Positions 51,871-61,868 of a DNA stretch of 64,000 nucleotides are shown here, piece after piece; position 1 is the stretch's first letter, and every line of letters starts with the position of its first letter. The DNA lies in NCBI GenBank assembly GCA_910577885.1, contig CAJTNK010000002.1:21580-85579 (forward strand), in the 5' to 3' direction. The position numbers and the translations under genes were made by a program. The notes beneath the pieces were generated by a model, which saw only the letters and a list, made by a program, of their open reading frames with translations, searched no databases and was not told where the DNA came from. This DNA comes from an uncultured Rikenella sp. Its GTDB lineage: Bacteria > Bacteroidota > Bacteroidia > Bacteroidales > Rikenellaceae.

Positions 51871-52095
51871 ATCTATGCTTTCTGTCTCCTTAAATTCCTT
51901 ACTACAGACTGCTGCTTCACGCAACTACACTACAAATATACTATTTCCCCTCAATTTTCCCACCTTTTTTCTTTTATCTATTTCCTTCAAGACTTGTTCG
52001 AAACTATTCTTAGCAACAGGAGGGTACTGTTCTTTATTAACTGCGCTTCCCCCTCGTTTTGCTTTCGTATAGTTTGCAAACCGTGTTTTGCAACA

Positions 52096-52365
52096 GGAGG
52101 GTACTGTTCTTTTTGTGAACAAAAAGAACCAAAAAAACTTTCGGGAATGCTTCGCATTCCATGGGCTGCCGTAGTCAAGAGCCTTGAGTCCTTTCTTTTG
52201 GGCCGGGGATTTCTCGGCGGGCGCGGGTTATCCTCGAAAAGAATTGCGCCCGCCGGAAACCCCGACCCAACAAATGGTTTAAAGCATTAGCTTGCGGAGC
52301 TTAAGGCATAGCGTATGCTAGCTCAAAAGTTTTTGGTGCCGCTTTTTTCAACCGAGCAGCGTGCC
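52096..52365. repeat. intergenic repeat family A element (inverted relative to the two copies below)
   Basis: GGAGGGTACTGTTCTTTTTGTGAACAAAAAGAACCAAAAAAACTTT ... GGCATAGCGTATGCTAGCTCAAAAGTTTTTGG. The ends match the reverse complement of the 55018-55267 element. Confidence 0.55.
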
Positions 52366-52796
52366 GAGGGCAGAGACCGCTTGCGGGCTTTGCCGAGGTA
52401 GCGCGAGGAAAACGAAGTTAAAAAGCGGCAGTCCCGGCACGTAGCCAAAGACCGCTTGCATATTATGCCAAGGCAAGGCGCGAGGAAAACGAAGGTAAAA
52501 AGCAACAGTTCCGACCCGTAGCCAATGAATGAGCTTATAAGATCCTGAAAAGAAATAGCATATAGAAAAAGCATGGGCCTCATGATTTTCGTGAGTGGCA
52601 GACGTTGGCGGGGGTGTCTGCCCGAAAAGCACAAGGCCCATGCAAAAAGGTGTATCCGAGATCCGCTGTGTTTCGAAACGTTGCGGAGGATTTCTCATCG
52701 AACGATGACACAAAGGTAGTGAGAAAACTCGGATTCGCAAATTTTCTTTCGATTTTTTTATCAGGGGCGGCGAAAATCGGCAGAAAAACTCGTTTT

Positions 52797-54083
52797 TCAG
52801 CATTTTTCGCCGAGTCTGACCGCCACAGCCCGGGCATGTGCTTCGAGTCCTTCGGCCCGTGCCATGCGTTCGACGATGGGTCCGAGTCGTTGCAATCCCT
52901 CCGGGGTGAGGCGTTGGAGGGTGATTTTTTTGCAGAAGCTGTCCAGATTCACGCCGCTGTAGGCTGCTGCCCATCCGCTGGTGGGCAGCGTGTGGTTGGT
53001 CCCCGAGGCGTAGTCCCCCGCACTTTCGGGCGAGTAGTGGCCCAGAAAGATGCTCCCGGCCTGTTCGATGCGCTCGGCCACGGCCTCCGGTCGGGCCGTT
53101 TCGACGATCAGGTGTTCCGCCGCATAGCGGTTGGCCAGCTCGACCATTTCAGCCTCCGAGCGGACAACGACGATGCGGCTTTCGGCCAACGCGCGCGTGG
53201 CGATCTCCGCCCGCGGGAGGCCGGCCAGCTGCCGGTCGACCTCCGAGGCGACAGCCACGGCCAGGGCGGCCGAGGTGGTAATCAACATCGCCTGGCTGTC
53301 GGGTCCGTGTTCGGCCTGCGACAAAAGATCGGCCGCCACGAACTCGGCCCATGCCGTGTCGTCGGCCAGCACCAGCACCTCCGACGGACCCGCCGGCATG
53401 TCGATCGCCACGGCGCTCAGCCCCAACAGCTGTTTGGCCGCCGTGACATAGCGGTTCCCAGGCCCGAAAATCTTGTCCACCTTCGGTACGCTCTCGGTTC
53501 CGAAAGCCATCGCGGCCACCGCCTGCGCTCCGCCGACCTTGAAGACGCGTTTCACGCCACAGAGCCGCGCGGTCCAGAGAATCTCCGGAGCCACCGACCC
53601 GTCCCGCCGCGGCGGCGTGCAGAGGGTCACCTCGCGACACCCCGCGATACGCGCCGGCACGGCCAGCATCAGGACCGTCGAAAACAGCGGCGCACTCCCG
53701 CCCGGCACGTAGAGTCCCACCCGTCCGATCGGCACACTCCGCTGACAGCACTCCACCCCCGGCATGGTCTCGACCCGCACCGGCTCCATACGTTGCGCCC
53801 GGTGAAACGCCGCCACGTGGTCGAACGCCTGTCGGATCGCCTCTTTGAGCGCCTCGTCCACCCTTCTTTCGGCCTCCTGGAACTCCCGTTCGTCGACCTC
53901 CAGCCCCGTGAGCCGCACGCCGTCGAACTGGTCGGCCAGCTCCCGCAAAGCCGCATCCCCGTCCTCGCGGACCCGTTCGACGATGCTCTCCACCCGCCGC
54001 CGAACCTCCGCGGTCTCCTCTTGCAACGGCCGCGCGAGGAGCTCGTCCCACTCCTCGCGCGCCGGTTCGCTGTAAATTTTCAT
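52797..54083 (-). CDS. hisD: histidinol dehydrogenase (428 aa)
   Basis: Full-length match to the HisD pattern (GLYVPGGSAPLFSTVLM, QAEHGPDSQ, GDYASGTNHTLPT). Confidence 0.93.
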   Translation of the reverse strand: MKIYSEPAREEWDELLARPLQEETAEVRRRVESIVERVREDGDAALRELADQFDGVRLTGLEVDEREFQEAERRVDEALKEAIRQAFDHVAAFHRAQRMEPVRVETMPGVECCQRSVPIGRVGLYVPGGSAPLFSTVLMLAVPARIAGCREVTLCTPPRRDGSVAPEILWTARLCGVKRVFKVGGAQAVAAMAFGTESVPKVDKIFGPGNRYVTAAKQLLGLSAVAIDMPAGPSEVLVLADDTAWAEFVAADLLSQAEHGPDSQAMLITTSAALAVAVASEVDRQLAGLPRAEIATRALAESRIVVVRSEAEMVELANRYAAEHLIVETARPEAVAERIEQAGSIFLGHYSPESAGDYASGTNHTLPTSGWAAAYSGVNLDSFCKKITLQRLTPEGLQRLGPIVERMARAEGLEAHARAVAVRLGEKC

Positions 54084-54102
54084 CCCCCTGACCCCCAATT
54101 TG

Positions 54103-54966
54103 TTACAAAATCATTTTTTCCAGCGCCAACACCAGGATATCCTCCGCCCCGATCTCCTTGAGCCGTTCGATCTTCCGCCACAACTCCCGTTCGTCCACCA
54201 CCGCGTGCATCGAACTCCACCCCGGCTCCGCCAGCGGCAGAATGGTCGGACTCTTCACCCCCGGCAAAATCGCCGCCGCATCCGCAATCCGGTCCGTGGG
54301 CAGGTTCATCAGGATATACTTCTTGCCCCGGCTCCGCTCCACGGCCTCGATGCGGAACAACAACTGGTCCAACAACGCCTGTTTCTGGGCCGACAACTCG
54401 CGCGTGGCAATCAACACCGCCTCCGAGTGCATGGCCACTTCGACCTCTTTCAACCCGTTGGAAACCAACGTCCCACCGCTGCTGACGATATCGAAAATCG
54501 CATCCGCCAGCCCCACCGCCGGCGCAATCTCCACCGAACCGGCAATCTCCTCGATCTCAGCCCCGATCTGCTTCTCCGCCAAGTACTTCCGCAGAATCAC
54601 CGGGTACGACGTCGCAATCCGCTTCCCCGCAAAATAGGTCGCATCCGTATAAGCCTCTCCCTTCGGCACGGCCAACGACAAACGACACTTCCCGAACCCG
54701 AGCCGGTGAACGATCGCAGCCCCGCACTCCCGCTCCTCGTACTCGTTCAACCCCACGATCCCGAGATCCGCCACTCCACGCTCCACGGCATGCGGAATAT
54801 CGTCGTCCCGCAAATACAGAATCTCCACCGGAAAATCCTCCGACCGAGCCAACAACTTCCGCTTGCTCGACTCGAAACCGATACCGGCCTCGCGCAACAA
54901 CTCGATGCTCTCTTCATTCAGCCGACCTTTCGACTGCAACGCTATACGTATCATTCGCTTCTTCAA
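54103..54966 (-). CDS. hisG: ATP phosphoribosyltransferase, long form (287 aa; start may be the Met 4 codons in)
   Basis: IRIALQSKGRLNEES, DIVSSGGTL, and a C-terminal regulatory domain. Confidence 0.9.
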   Translation of the reverse strand: MKKRMIRIALQSKGRLNEESIELLREAGIGFESSKRKLLARSEDFPVEILYLRDDDIPHAVERGVADLGIVGLNEYEERECGAAIVHRLGFGKCRLSLAVPKGEAYTDATYFAGKRIATSYPVILRKYLAEKQIGAEIEEIAGSVEIAPAVGLADAIFDIVSSGGTLVSNGLKEVEVAMHSEAVLIATRELSAQKQALLDQLLFRIEAVERSRGKKYILMNLPTDRIADAAAILPGVKSPTILPLAEPGWSSMHAVVDERELWRKIERLKEIGAEDILVLALEKMIL

Positions 54967-55017
54967 TGTTATTTTTTCACCCCTACTTTTTTTATTCCAT
55001 ACTGGTCTTTGGCGACA

Positions 55018-55267
55018 GGAGGGTACTGTCCCTTTTCTGAAGAAAAGGGACCCAAAAGACTTTCAGATAGCATACGCTATGCCTTAGGCTCCGCAATCCT
55101 TAGGATTATGGGTGGGGTTCTTTTGGGCGCGCTTCATGCGAGCTAAAACTTAGGCGCGCCCAAAAAGAATCCCCACCCAAAGCACGAGGCAGACACGGCC
55201 AAAGCATCCCAAAGGGATGCGTGCTAAAGTTTTTTTGGTTCTTTTTGTTCACAAAAAGAACAGTTCC
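55018..55267. repeat. intergenic repeat family A element
   Basis: Near-identical to 57136-57385 over ~250 bp. Terminal hairpins (CCCTTTTCTGAAGAAAAGGG; GTTCTTTTTG ttca CAAAAAGAAC) and a central 24-bp hairpin TGGGTGGGGTTCTTTTGGGCGCGC / GCGCGCCCAAAAAGAATCCCCACCCA. Confidence 0.6.
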
Positions 55268-55310
55268 TGCTCGTAGCTAAAGAAGAGAGTATTGAATAAA
55301 AGTATGTGAT

Positions 55311-56999
55311 TTAAAGTAATCCTTTAGAGGAAGGCAGGTTGAAGTCGAGCGGTTTTCGTTCGACCGCCATTCGCAAGGCCCGTGCAAAAGCCTTGAAGAT
55401 CGCTTCGACCTTGTGGTGTTCGTTTCGGCCCCGCGCCACGATATGGAGGTTGCAGCGCGCCGCCTGGGCGAAAGAGTCGAAGAAGTGTTCGAACATTTCG
55501 GTAGGGACCTGTCCGATTCGTTCTCGGCGGAGTTTGACCTCCCAGCGGGTGGCGATTCGTCCGCCGAAGTCGAGCAGCACCAGGGCTCGACTTTCGTCCA
55601 TCGGCAAGGCGAAGCCGTAGCGTCCGAGGCCGCGTTTGTCTCCCAAAGCCAGACGGAAGGCCTCGCCCAGCACCAAGGCCGTATCTTCGATCGTGTGGTG
55701 TTCGTCGACCCCGAGGTCGCCCTGCACGGAAAGCCGCAGGGAAAATCCGCCGTGGTGGACGATTTGTTCGAGCATGTGGTCGAAGAATCCCAAGCCGGTC
55801 GCCATGCTCGACTCTTCGCCCGACGCTGGGTCCAGGGCGAGCGTCACCGAGATGTCCGTTTCCCGGCTCCGGCGCACCACCGTCGCCCGGCGGGCGCTAC
55901 TCATCGTCGCCGCCGGCCGCACCGCCGCCAAAGAAGAGGCACCGGAGTTGGAGACAGGCTCATGCAACCGGGTCAAAGCGTCGATCAAGGCGGCGTTTTC
56001 GTCCGGCGTCCCGACCGTCAGCCGCAAACACCCTTCGCATCCCGGGATCTGCGACCGGTCCCGAACAATGATCCCCCGTTCGATCAACCGTCCGTAAACC
56101 GCCCTCGGCTCGTCCACCCGCACCAGCACAAAGTTCGCATCCGACCGGTAGACCCGCCTCACCATCGGCAGCCGTTCCAGAGCCTCGACCAACCTGTCGC
56201 GCTCCCGCACCAGAATCCCGATCTGCTCCCTGCGCACCGCCTCGCGCTCGAGTTCCTGCAAAACGAGACGTTCGGTAACGACATTCACCGAATACGGGTA
56301 TTTGATCCGCTCCATGGCCCCGACAATCTCCGGCGCTGCGAAGGCAAAGCCGATCCGAATGCCGGCCATCCCCCACGCCTTGGACAACGTCCGGAGCACC
56401 ACCAGGTTCGGGAACTCCGCCAGCCGCGGCAGAAACCCCTCATGCTCCGCGAAATCGATATAGGCCTCGTCGAGCACCACCACTCCGCCGAAACCACGGA
56501 TCACCCGCTCCACCTGCTCGGGATCGAGCAGATTGGCCGACGGATTGTTCGGCGAACAGAGAAAAGCCAGCTTGGTCCGTGGCGTCGCCGCGGCCAAAAA
56601 TCGGTCGGCGTCGAGCTCAAAATCCTCGGTCAGCGGAACTTCCGTCAGCTGCACATCGTTCGTCGCCGCAGCCACCCGATACATCCCGTAGCTCGGCGCA
56701 ATGGCCAGCGCCTGGTCCCTGCGCGGCTCGCAAAAAACGCGAAACAGAAGGTCGATAGGCTCGTCACTGCCGTTCCCGCCGACAAAAATACGATCGGACG
56801 CCACTCCCCGCCGCTCGGCCACCCGCTCGCGAATCCGCCGGTTGTGCGGATCGGGATACCGATTGAACCCATTCTCGAACGGATTCTCATTGGCATCCAG
56901 ATAGATCCCCAACTCGCCGTCATACTCGTCGCGAGCCGTCGAATACGGAGCCATCTCCCGTATATTCTCCCGAAATAATCGCTCTATTTCCAAGATCAC
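55311..56999 (-). CDS. hisC-hisB: fusion of histidinol-phosphate aminotransferase (N) and imidazoleglycerol-phosphate dehydratase (C) (562 aa)
   Basis: N-terminal ~350 aa: YLDANENPF, TLSKAWGMAGIRIG (PLP lysine region). C-terminal ~195 aa: RETDISVTL, GFFDHML, DEHHTIEDTA, NEHHKVEA (IGPD metal motifs). Single open frame with a 20-aa S/A-rich linker. Confidence 0.85.
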   Translation of the reverse strand: MILEIERLFRENIREMAPYSTARDEYDGELGIYLDANENPFENGFNRYPDPHNRRIRERVAERRGVASDRIFVGGNGSDEPIDLLFRVFCEPRRDQALAIAPSYGMYRVAAATNDVQLTEVPLTEDFELDADRFLAAATPRTKLAFLCSPNNPSANLLDPEQVERVIRGFGGVVVLDEAYIDFAEHEGFLPRLAEFPNLVVLRTLSKAWGMAGIRIGFAFAAPEIVGAMERIKYPYSVNVVTERLVLQELEREAVRREQIGILVRERDRLVEALERLPMVRRVYRSDANFVLVRVDEPRAVYGRLIERGIIVRDRSQIPGCEGCLRLTVGTPDENAALIDALTRLHEPVSNSGASSLAAVRPAATMSSARRATVVRRSRETDISVTLALDPASGEESSMATGLGFFDHMLEQIVHHGGFSLRLSVQGDLGVDEHHTIEDTALVLGEAFRLALGDKRGLGRYGFALPMDESRALVLLDFGGRIATRWEVKLRRERIGQVPTEMFEHFFDSFAQAARCNLHIVARGRNEHHKVEAIFKAFARALRMAVERKPLDFNLPSSKGLL

Positions 57000-57135
57000 A
57001 CAAAATTAATTACCCCCCCTACTCCTACTTTCGGCTATTGACAAACCGTGTTTGACAACCGGAGGGTACTGTACCTTTTATCTTCAGTCCCCTCGCGTTA
57101 CTTCTCGGTATAATCTGCTAATCGCTCTTTGTGCT

Positions 57136-57385
57136 GGAGGGTACTGTACCTTTTCTGAAGAAAAGGTACCCAAAAGACTTTCAGATAGCATACGCTACGC
57201 CTTAGGCTCCGCAGTCCTCAGGTTGTGGGTGGGGACGTTTGGCGTGGGCGCGCTAAGGTTGTAATTGCATTACGCGCCTCGCCGAACGCCCCACCCAAAG
57301 CAGGAGGCTGACACGGCCAAAGCATCCCAACGGGATGCGTGCTAAAGTTTTTTTGGTTCTTTTTGTTCACAAAAAGAACAGTTCC
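57136..57385. repeat. intergenic repeat family A element
   Basis: Same ~250-bp unit as 55018-55267. Extra solo copies of the GGAGGGTACTGT head motif lie at 57061 and 52018. Inverted partial copies lie at 57440-57490, 52400-52455 and 52478-52530. Confidence 0.6.
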
Positions 57386-57521
57386 ATACGGTTCACCAAG
57401 CACGGTTCGCAAACTACACGAAAGCAATACGAGAGAAGCGAAAGTAAAAAGAACAGTTCTATACCGTAGCCAAAGACCGATTGCACACTTGGCCAAACAG
57501 CGAGTGAGGGAGGGGAAGGAT

Positions 57522-58583
57522 TTATTGGGTGATGGAATCGAGTTTGGTTTGGAGGTTTTGGATTTGTTTTTTGAGTTCCGCGACCTGTTTACGGAGTTCG
57601 GGGAGCTGTTTGACAGAGGCTTGGATGCGGTGTCCTTCGAGCCCCGGATAGGCAGGCGAGCCGAAGACAGTCACCCCCGGCGTCAGAATATTGTTCGGGA
57701 TCCCCGACTGCGAGCCGATCTTGACCCCGTCCGCAATCGTGATGTGACCGACCACCCCCACCTGACCGCCCATCATCACATGGCTCCCCACCTTCGTAGA
57801 CCCCGCGATACCGACCTGCGCCGCCATCACCGTGCTCTGCCCGATCACCACGTTGTGAGCCACCTGAATCAGGTTGTCGAGCTTCGCCCCGCGACAGATC
57901 CGTGTCGAACCCATCGTCGCCCGGTCGATCGCACAGTTCGACCCGATCTCCACATCCTCTTCGATAACGACATTCCCGATCTGCGGAATCTTCTGGAACG
58001 TACCCTCTTCGGTCGGCGCGAATCCGAAGCCGTCGCCGCCGATCACCGTTCCGCCGTGGACCGTCACCCGGTCGCCGACCACGCAATCTTCGTAGACCTT
58101 GACCCCCGGATAGAGTTTCGCTCCGGCCCCGACCCGCACCCGGTCACCGACATAGACCTGCGGCCAGATCTCGGCCCCGTCGCCCACCGTCGCATACTCA
58201 CCCACCACCGCATACTCGCCGATATAGACATCGGCCCCCACCGTCGCAGTCGGATGAACAAAAGCCAGCGAACTGATCCCCTGTTTTCGGGGTTTGTTGG
58301 CCACATACAGGTCGAGCAACGACGCAAACGCCTTATAAGCATTGTCGACCTTCACCAGCGTCAATCCTTCGGGCAACGCCTGCTGGGGTTCGAACTCCCG
58401 GTTGACGATGGCAATCGTCGCCCCGGTATGATAAATATGCTCTTCGTATTTCGGATTCGAGAGGAAGACGAGATCTCCCTGCTTGGCTTCTTCGATTTTG
58501 GCGACGGCTCCGACCGCTGCTTCCGGCCGGCCGTCGACCGCCCCGCCGAGGTAACCGGCAATCATCTCTGCTGTAAACTGCAT
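57522..58583 (-). CDS. lpxD: UDP-3-O-acylglucosamine N-acyltransferase (353 aa)
   Basis: N-terminal LpxD domain ([15 protein letters not shown]) followed by long left-handed beta-helix hexapeptide repeats. Confidence 0.92.
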   Translation of the reverse strand: MQFTAEMIAGYLGGAVDGRPEAAVGAVAKIEEAKQGDLVFLSNPKYEEHIYHTGATIAIVNREFEPQQALPEGLTLVKVDNAYKAFASLLDLYVANKPRKQGISSLAFVHPTATVGADVYIGEYAVVGEYATVGDGAEIWPQVYVGDRVRVGAGAKLYPGVKVYEDCVVGDRVTVHGGTVIGGDGFGFAPTEEGTFQKIPQIGNVVIEEDVEIGSNCAIDRATMGSTRICRGAKLDNLIQVAHNVVIGQSTVMAAQVGIAGSTKVGSHVMMGGQVGVVGHITIADGVKIGSQSGIPNNILTPGVTVFGSPAYPGLEGHRIQASVKQLPELRKQVAELKKQIQNLQTKLDSITQ

Positions 58584-58861
58584 GACTCTATGATATACTA
58601 CTTTGTGTGTGTACTATATTATCACCCGCCGCCCGGGCGAGCGAACCGGGCCGAAGCCTGCGAGTTGCCGCCAGCGGGCTTTGCAACGAAAAACCCAGCC
58701 TTCGGGTACCGAGCCTACCGGGCGAGAAAAACGGTCATTGTCCGCGCGCCTTTTCCCACACAGCCGTCTCGAAGAGACGGGCGGCCGACGCCACCCCCGG
58801 CGGCGAGCCGGTGCCTCCCGGCACTCGGTACTGGCCATTCGGGCGAGAAAACAGTCTTTGC

Positions 58862-58933
58862 CCGCGCGCTGGCGGAAGTTGGCCAAACAATGAAAATTGT
58901 TTGGCCAACTTCCTACTCCAGCAGTCGCGCGCG
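58862..58933. repeat. repeat family B segment with 18-bp perfect hairpin, overlapping the 3' end of the TlpA-like gene
   Basis: CGCGCTGGCGGAAGTTGGCCAAACAAT gaaa ATTGTTTGGCCAACTTCCTACTCCAGCAGTCGCGCG. The homologous segment is at 50688-50758. Confidence 0.55.
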
Positions 58934-60136
58934 GGTCGAGCTATCCCGACGAGCTGGAACTGCCCTTCTACTTCTACCCACGAGCGAGTCGAGGGTGGTG
59001 TAAAAGGCCGGATCCTCGCCCGTATAGCGAGCGACGATCTTGCCCGACGGATCGAGAATCATCTTCGTCGGAAAACCCTCAATGCCAAAGCGAACCAAAA
59101 TCTCATCATCCGCCGCACGTACGTTGATCCAAGGAAGCTGCTGTTTTTCGACGGTCGCCCGCCACACCTCCTCCTTATCGCCGCAATCGATACCGACGAA
59201 CTCGACCGCCCCCCGGTGCTTTTCGTAAGCCTGCTTCATGGCCGGCATCCCCTTCATGCACCAGCCGCACCACGTCCCCCAAAAGTCCAGGACGATATAT
59301 TTCCCCGTGCCATAGAGCGACGACAAGGTAAAGTCCCCACCCGTCCGATTCGGCAGCGTGAAATCCGGTGCCGAGCCCCCCTCGACAACCGCCTCGCGAG
59401 CCTGTTCCGTCGCCGACTGCTTGGCCAGGAACTCCAACTGAAGATCCATCCACTCGCGCAAAACGCCCTGTTGCACCGCCGGATCGAGCGTCCGGTACAA
59501 GCTGTCGAAGCGTTCGGCATTCGGCAGCGAGATCAAGTGGTAGGCCGAAGCCGGATCAGCCGGATGGGCCGCAATGTACGCCTCCTTGTGGCGTTGGATA
59601 CTGTCCGAGAGGCGCTGCATCTCGCGCATCACCGTATCGCTGTCGTTGCGCCGGTAGGGCGAGATCATCCGGGCCGTTCTCCCCAGCATTTCGAGCTGCA
59701 GGCGGAGCGGCTCGAGCTTCTGTTCATCGTCGCGCCACCGCTGCTGAGCCTCCGAACCGGCCAAGGTGTATTCAATCACCCGACTCTTCGGATCGTACGT
59801 CGCCCGGACGGCGATCCGCTCACCCGGCCCCAAGTAGAGTTCCATGCCCTGCTTCGGTCCGTCGCCCCGGAAGCTCTGCGGCGCCAGGAAAATCCGATAC
59901 AAATGTCCGTCTTCCGGCAGGTCGATCGAAAACTCGGTCTTCTCGCCGTGTTTTTCGCCTCCGACAAAGAGTGTGGTCACCTCCTCCCGCTCGCGAATGG
60001 TAGCCGGCGTAAAGTAGGAGCAAATCAGGCTGTCGTCCGCCAGCCCTTCGATGCTGACCGTCACACGCCCCCGGCCGCCGCTGCAAGCGGTAAAAAACAA
60101 TCCGGCGAACATCAGGCCGACCCATATCTTTTTCAT
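58913..60136 (-). CDS. TlpA-like thioredoxin-fold lipoprotein (thiol-disulfide oxidoreductase, 407 aa)
   Basis: Lipobox LFFTAC. Thioredoxin motif DFWGTWCGWC in the C-terminal domain. Confidence 0.75.
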   Translation of the reverse strand: MKKIWVGLMFAGLFFTACSGGRGRVTVSIEGLADDSLICSYFTPATIREREEVTTLFVGGEKHGEKTEFSIDLPEDGHLYRIFLAPQSFRGDGPKQGMELYLGPGERIAVRATYDPKSRVIEYTLAGSEAQQRWRDDEQKLEPLRLQLEMLGRTARMISPYRRNDSDTVMREMQRLSDSIQRHKEAYIAAHPADPASAYHLISLPNAERFDSLYRTLDPAVQQGVLREWMDLQLEFLAKQSATEQAREAVVEGGSAPDFTLPNRTGGDFTLSSLYGTGKYIVLDFWGTWCGWCMKGMPAMKQAYEKHRGAVEFVGIDCGDKEEVWRATVEKQQLPWINVRAADDEILVRFGIEGFPTKMILDPSGKIVARYTGEDPAFYTTLDSLVGRSRRAVPARRDSSTRARLLE

Positions 60137-60246
60137 AGAAATCCTTGTTTTTGTGTGTAAAAAATCTTTCCCTGCGCCTCCGCGTTGGTCAAAATCCCTG
60201 CGCGCCCCGTGTTAGTCAAAATCCCCGCGCCCCTCAAAAAATCCCG

Positions 60247-60867
60247 TCAGAACCGCAGCCCGACACTCACCGACCAGTTGCTGTTCTTGGCCCGGTCTTT
60301 CGAGTCTTCTGAGGTCCGAATGGTCGAGATGTCATACCGCACCCCGATATCGAAGAGCTTGGAGAACTGGTAGTTGATCCCCATCGGTATCGAGAAGTCG
60401 AACCGCCGACTGTCTTTCAGCAAGTTTTCGCTGTGGTCGATCTTCGTAAGATTTTGGTCCGCATCGTACGAGTCGCTGGTCCACTTATGCTGTGCCCGCA
60501 CGAGCCAGTCGAACGACACCCCCGCTTCGATATTCAGCCCGCCGATCAGGAAAACCTTGGCCAGTAGCGGGATTTTGATGTAGTTATACGAGAAGACATC
60601 GTTCTTGTTTGTCATCTTGCTCCCTTGCATGGAGTACAGCGCCTCGACCTGCAAGCCGATCAGGTCGTTGATTTTGTAGCCGGCCATCATCCCGAAATTG
60701 GCTCTGGCCCGTGCCTTGGCATAGGTGGTTTTGGTGATCGAGCTCACGTTGAGCCCGGCCCGCGGCCCCCAGTAGAACCCCTGGGCCGACGCGGTATGAC
60801 GAATCGCCGGCCCGAGCAACAGCACGGCCACGAGCGGCAACATTCGTTTCAAGGTTTGGATACGCAT
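60247..60867 (-). CDS. outer-membrane beta-barrel protein (206 aa)
   Basis: Signal peptide, alternating amphipathic beta-strand pattern, C-terminal SVSVGLRF (terminal aromatic). Confidence 0.65.
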   Translation of the reverse strand: MRIQTLKRMLPLVAVLLLGPAIRHTASAQGFYWGPRAGLNVSSITKTTYAKARARANFGMMAGYKINDLIGLQVEALYSMQGSKMTNKNDVFSYNYIKIPLLAKVFLIGGLNIEAGVSFDWLVRAQHKWTSDSYDADQNLTKIDHSENLLKDSRRFDFSIPMGINYQFSKLFDIGVRYDISTIRTSEDSKDRAKNSNWSVSVGLRF

Positions 60868-60968
60868 AGCGAACTTCTTGTGTTTTAACTGTCAAAGATA
60901 ATATTTATTCCGGATTTTCCGGGGTTCGGGGATCGAAAAGGCGTTTTTCGGAGCCGTTCGAACGACAC

Positions 60969-61006
60969 GGAGGCGAGGAGCGTTTCATGAAACGCTCCTC
61001 GCCTCC
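60969..61006. terminator. 19-bp perfect palindromic hairpin downstream of the PepSY-like gene
   Basis: GGAGGCGAGGAGCGTTTCA / TGAAACGCTCCTCGCCTCC. Confidence 0.6.
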
Positions 61007-61047
61007 GGTCCCGATGTCCGTCGGGATTCTTACCGGATACCGCGCGA

Positions 61048-61503
61048 TCAATCGATCCGCAGGAACTCGTACCGACTGTCGAACTCCAGGTCCAAATCGT
61101 GCTTCAGGTCGATGCTCCGCACTTCGACATCATACCCGCCGTTGTCTTCCAACTCGATGGACGAGATGAAGTGGTTCGGGTAGTTCTGCTGAACGTACTG
61201 GAGGATCTTGGACGGAAGCGCCGACTCGGGAATGGCGTTCCGCTGGCAGTCGATCTTGGTCCAGACGCCGTTCTTGTCGAACTCGATCTCGCCGCCGCCG
61301 GCGAGTTTGACTTCATACTCCTTGCCGAAGAATTTGTTTTCGACAGTCACCTGATTGACGGTCAGGGTCGAAAAATGTTTCTTCAAGAAACTCTGTGCCG
61401 TAGCAGGCAGGTCGGCGGTCCGAATCACGGCCGGTTTCGAGTCGGCGCAGGCCGTAGCACACAACGCGAAGCCGACTAACAAACTAAGAATCAATCTTTT
61501 CAT
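61048..61503 (-). CDS. PepSY-like (DUF2874-type) periplasmic protein (151 aa)
   Basis: Signal peptide followed by two repeats of the LP..A..F...HF/YP......V......YEV.L..G.E.EFD..G.W pattern. Confidence 0.7.
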   Translation of the reverse strand: MKRLILSLLVGFALCATACADSKPAVIRTADLPATAQSFLKKHFSTLTVNQVTVENKFFGKEYEVKLAGGGEIEFDKNGVWTKIDCQRNAIPESALPSKILQYVQQNYPNHFISSIELEDNGGYDVEVRSIDLKHDLDLEFDSRYEFLRID

Positions 61504-61868
61504 GGTTGTCTCTGTTTTTATAATTTGTTTACTGACAGTTAATCATAACAAATACCGTGCAAAATTCGCGTTTCTTGGGAGGGAGTACGGATTTTTCACC
61601 GCTTATTCTCTTGAGTCCGTCAGGGTGCCGCCTACTAAGGTCGAGAGAACCCCGACAAAAGCCCCAACGGGGCCTCGCGGTGAGCCGGCGATGCTACGCA
61701 TCGCTGGGGTCTGGCGGAAGAGAAACCCGGCATGGGCCTTCCGGCAGCGAATTCCCCCCAAAAAAACCGGACTCGCAAAACAAATCGCGAATCCGGCACG
61801 TCCCCTAAACAAACTCCCGCGACGAAAAAAACGCACGAGAGAAAAAGGCTTCCTTTATTATATAAGGA

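Noticed and set aside
60180-60246. Direct repeats GTCAAAATCCC(T/C)GCGC(G)CCC, considered as a possible CRISPR array
   Set aside because: There are only two adjacent copies, with no regular spacer structure and no cas genes in the window.
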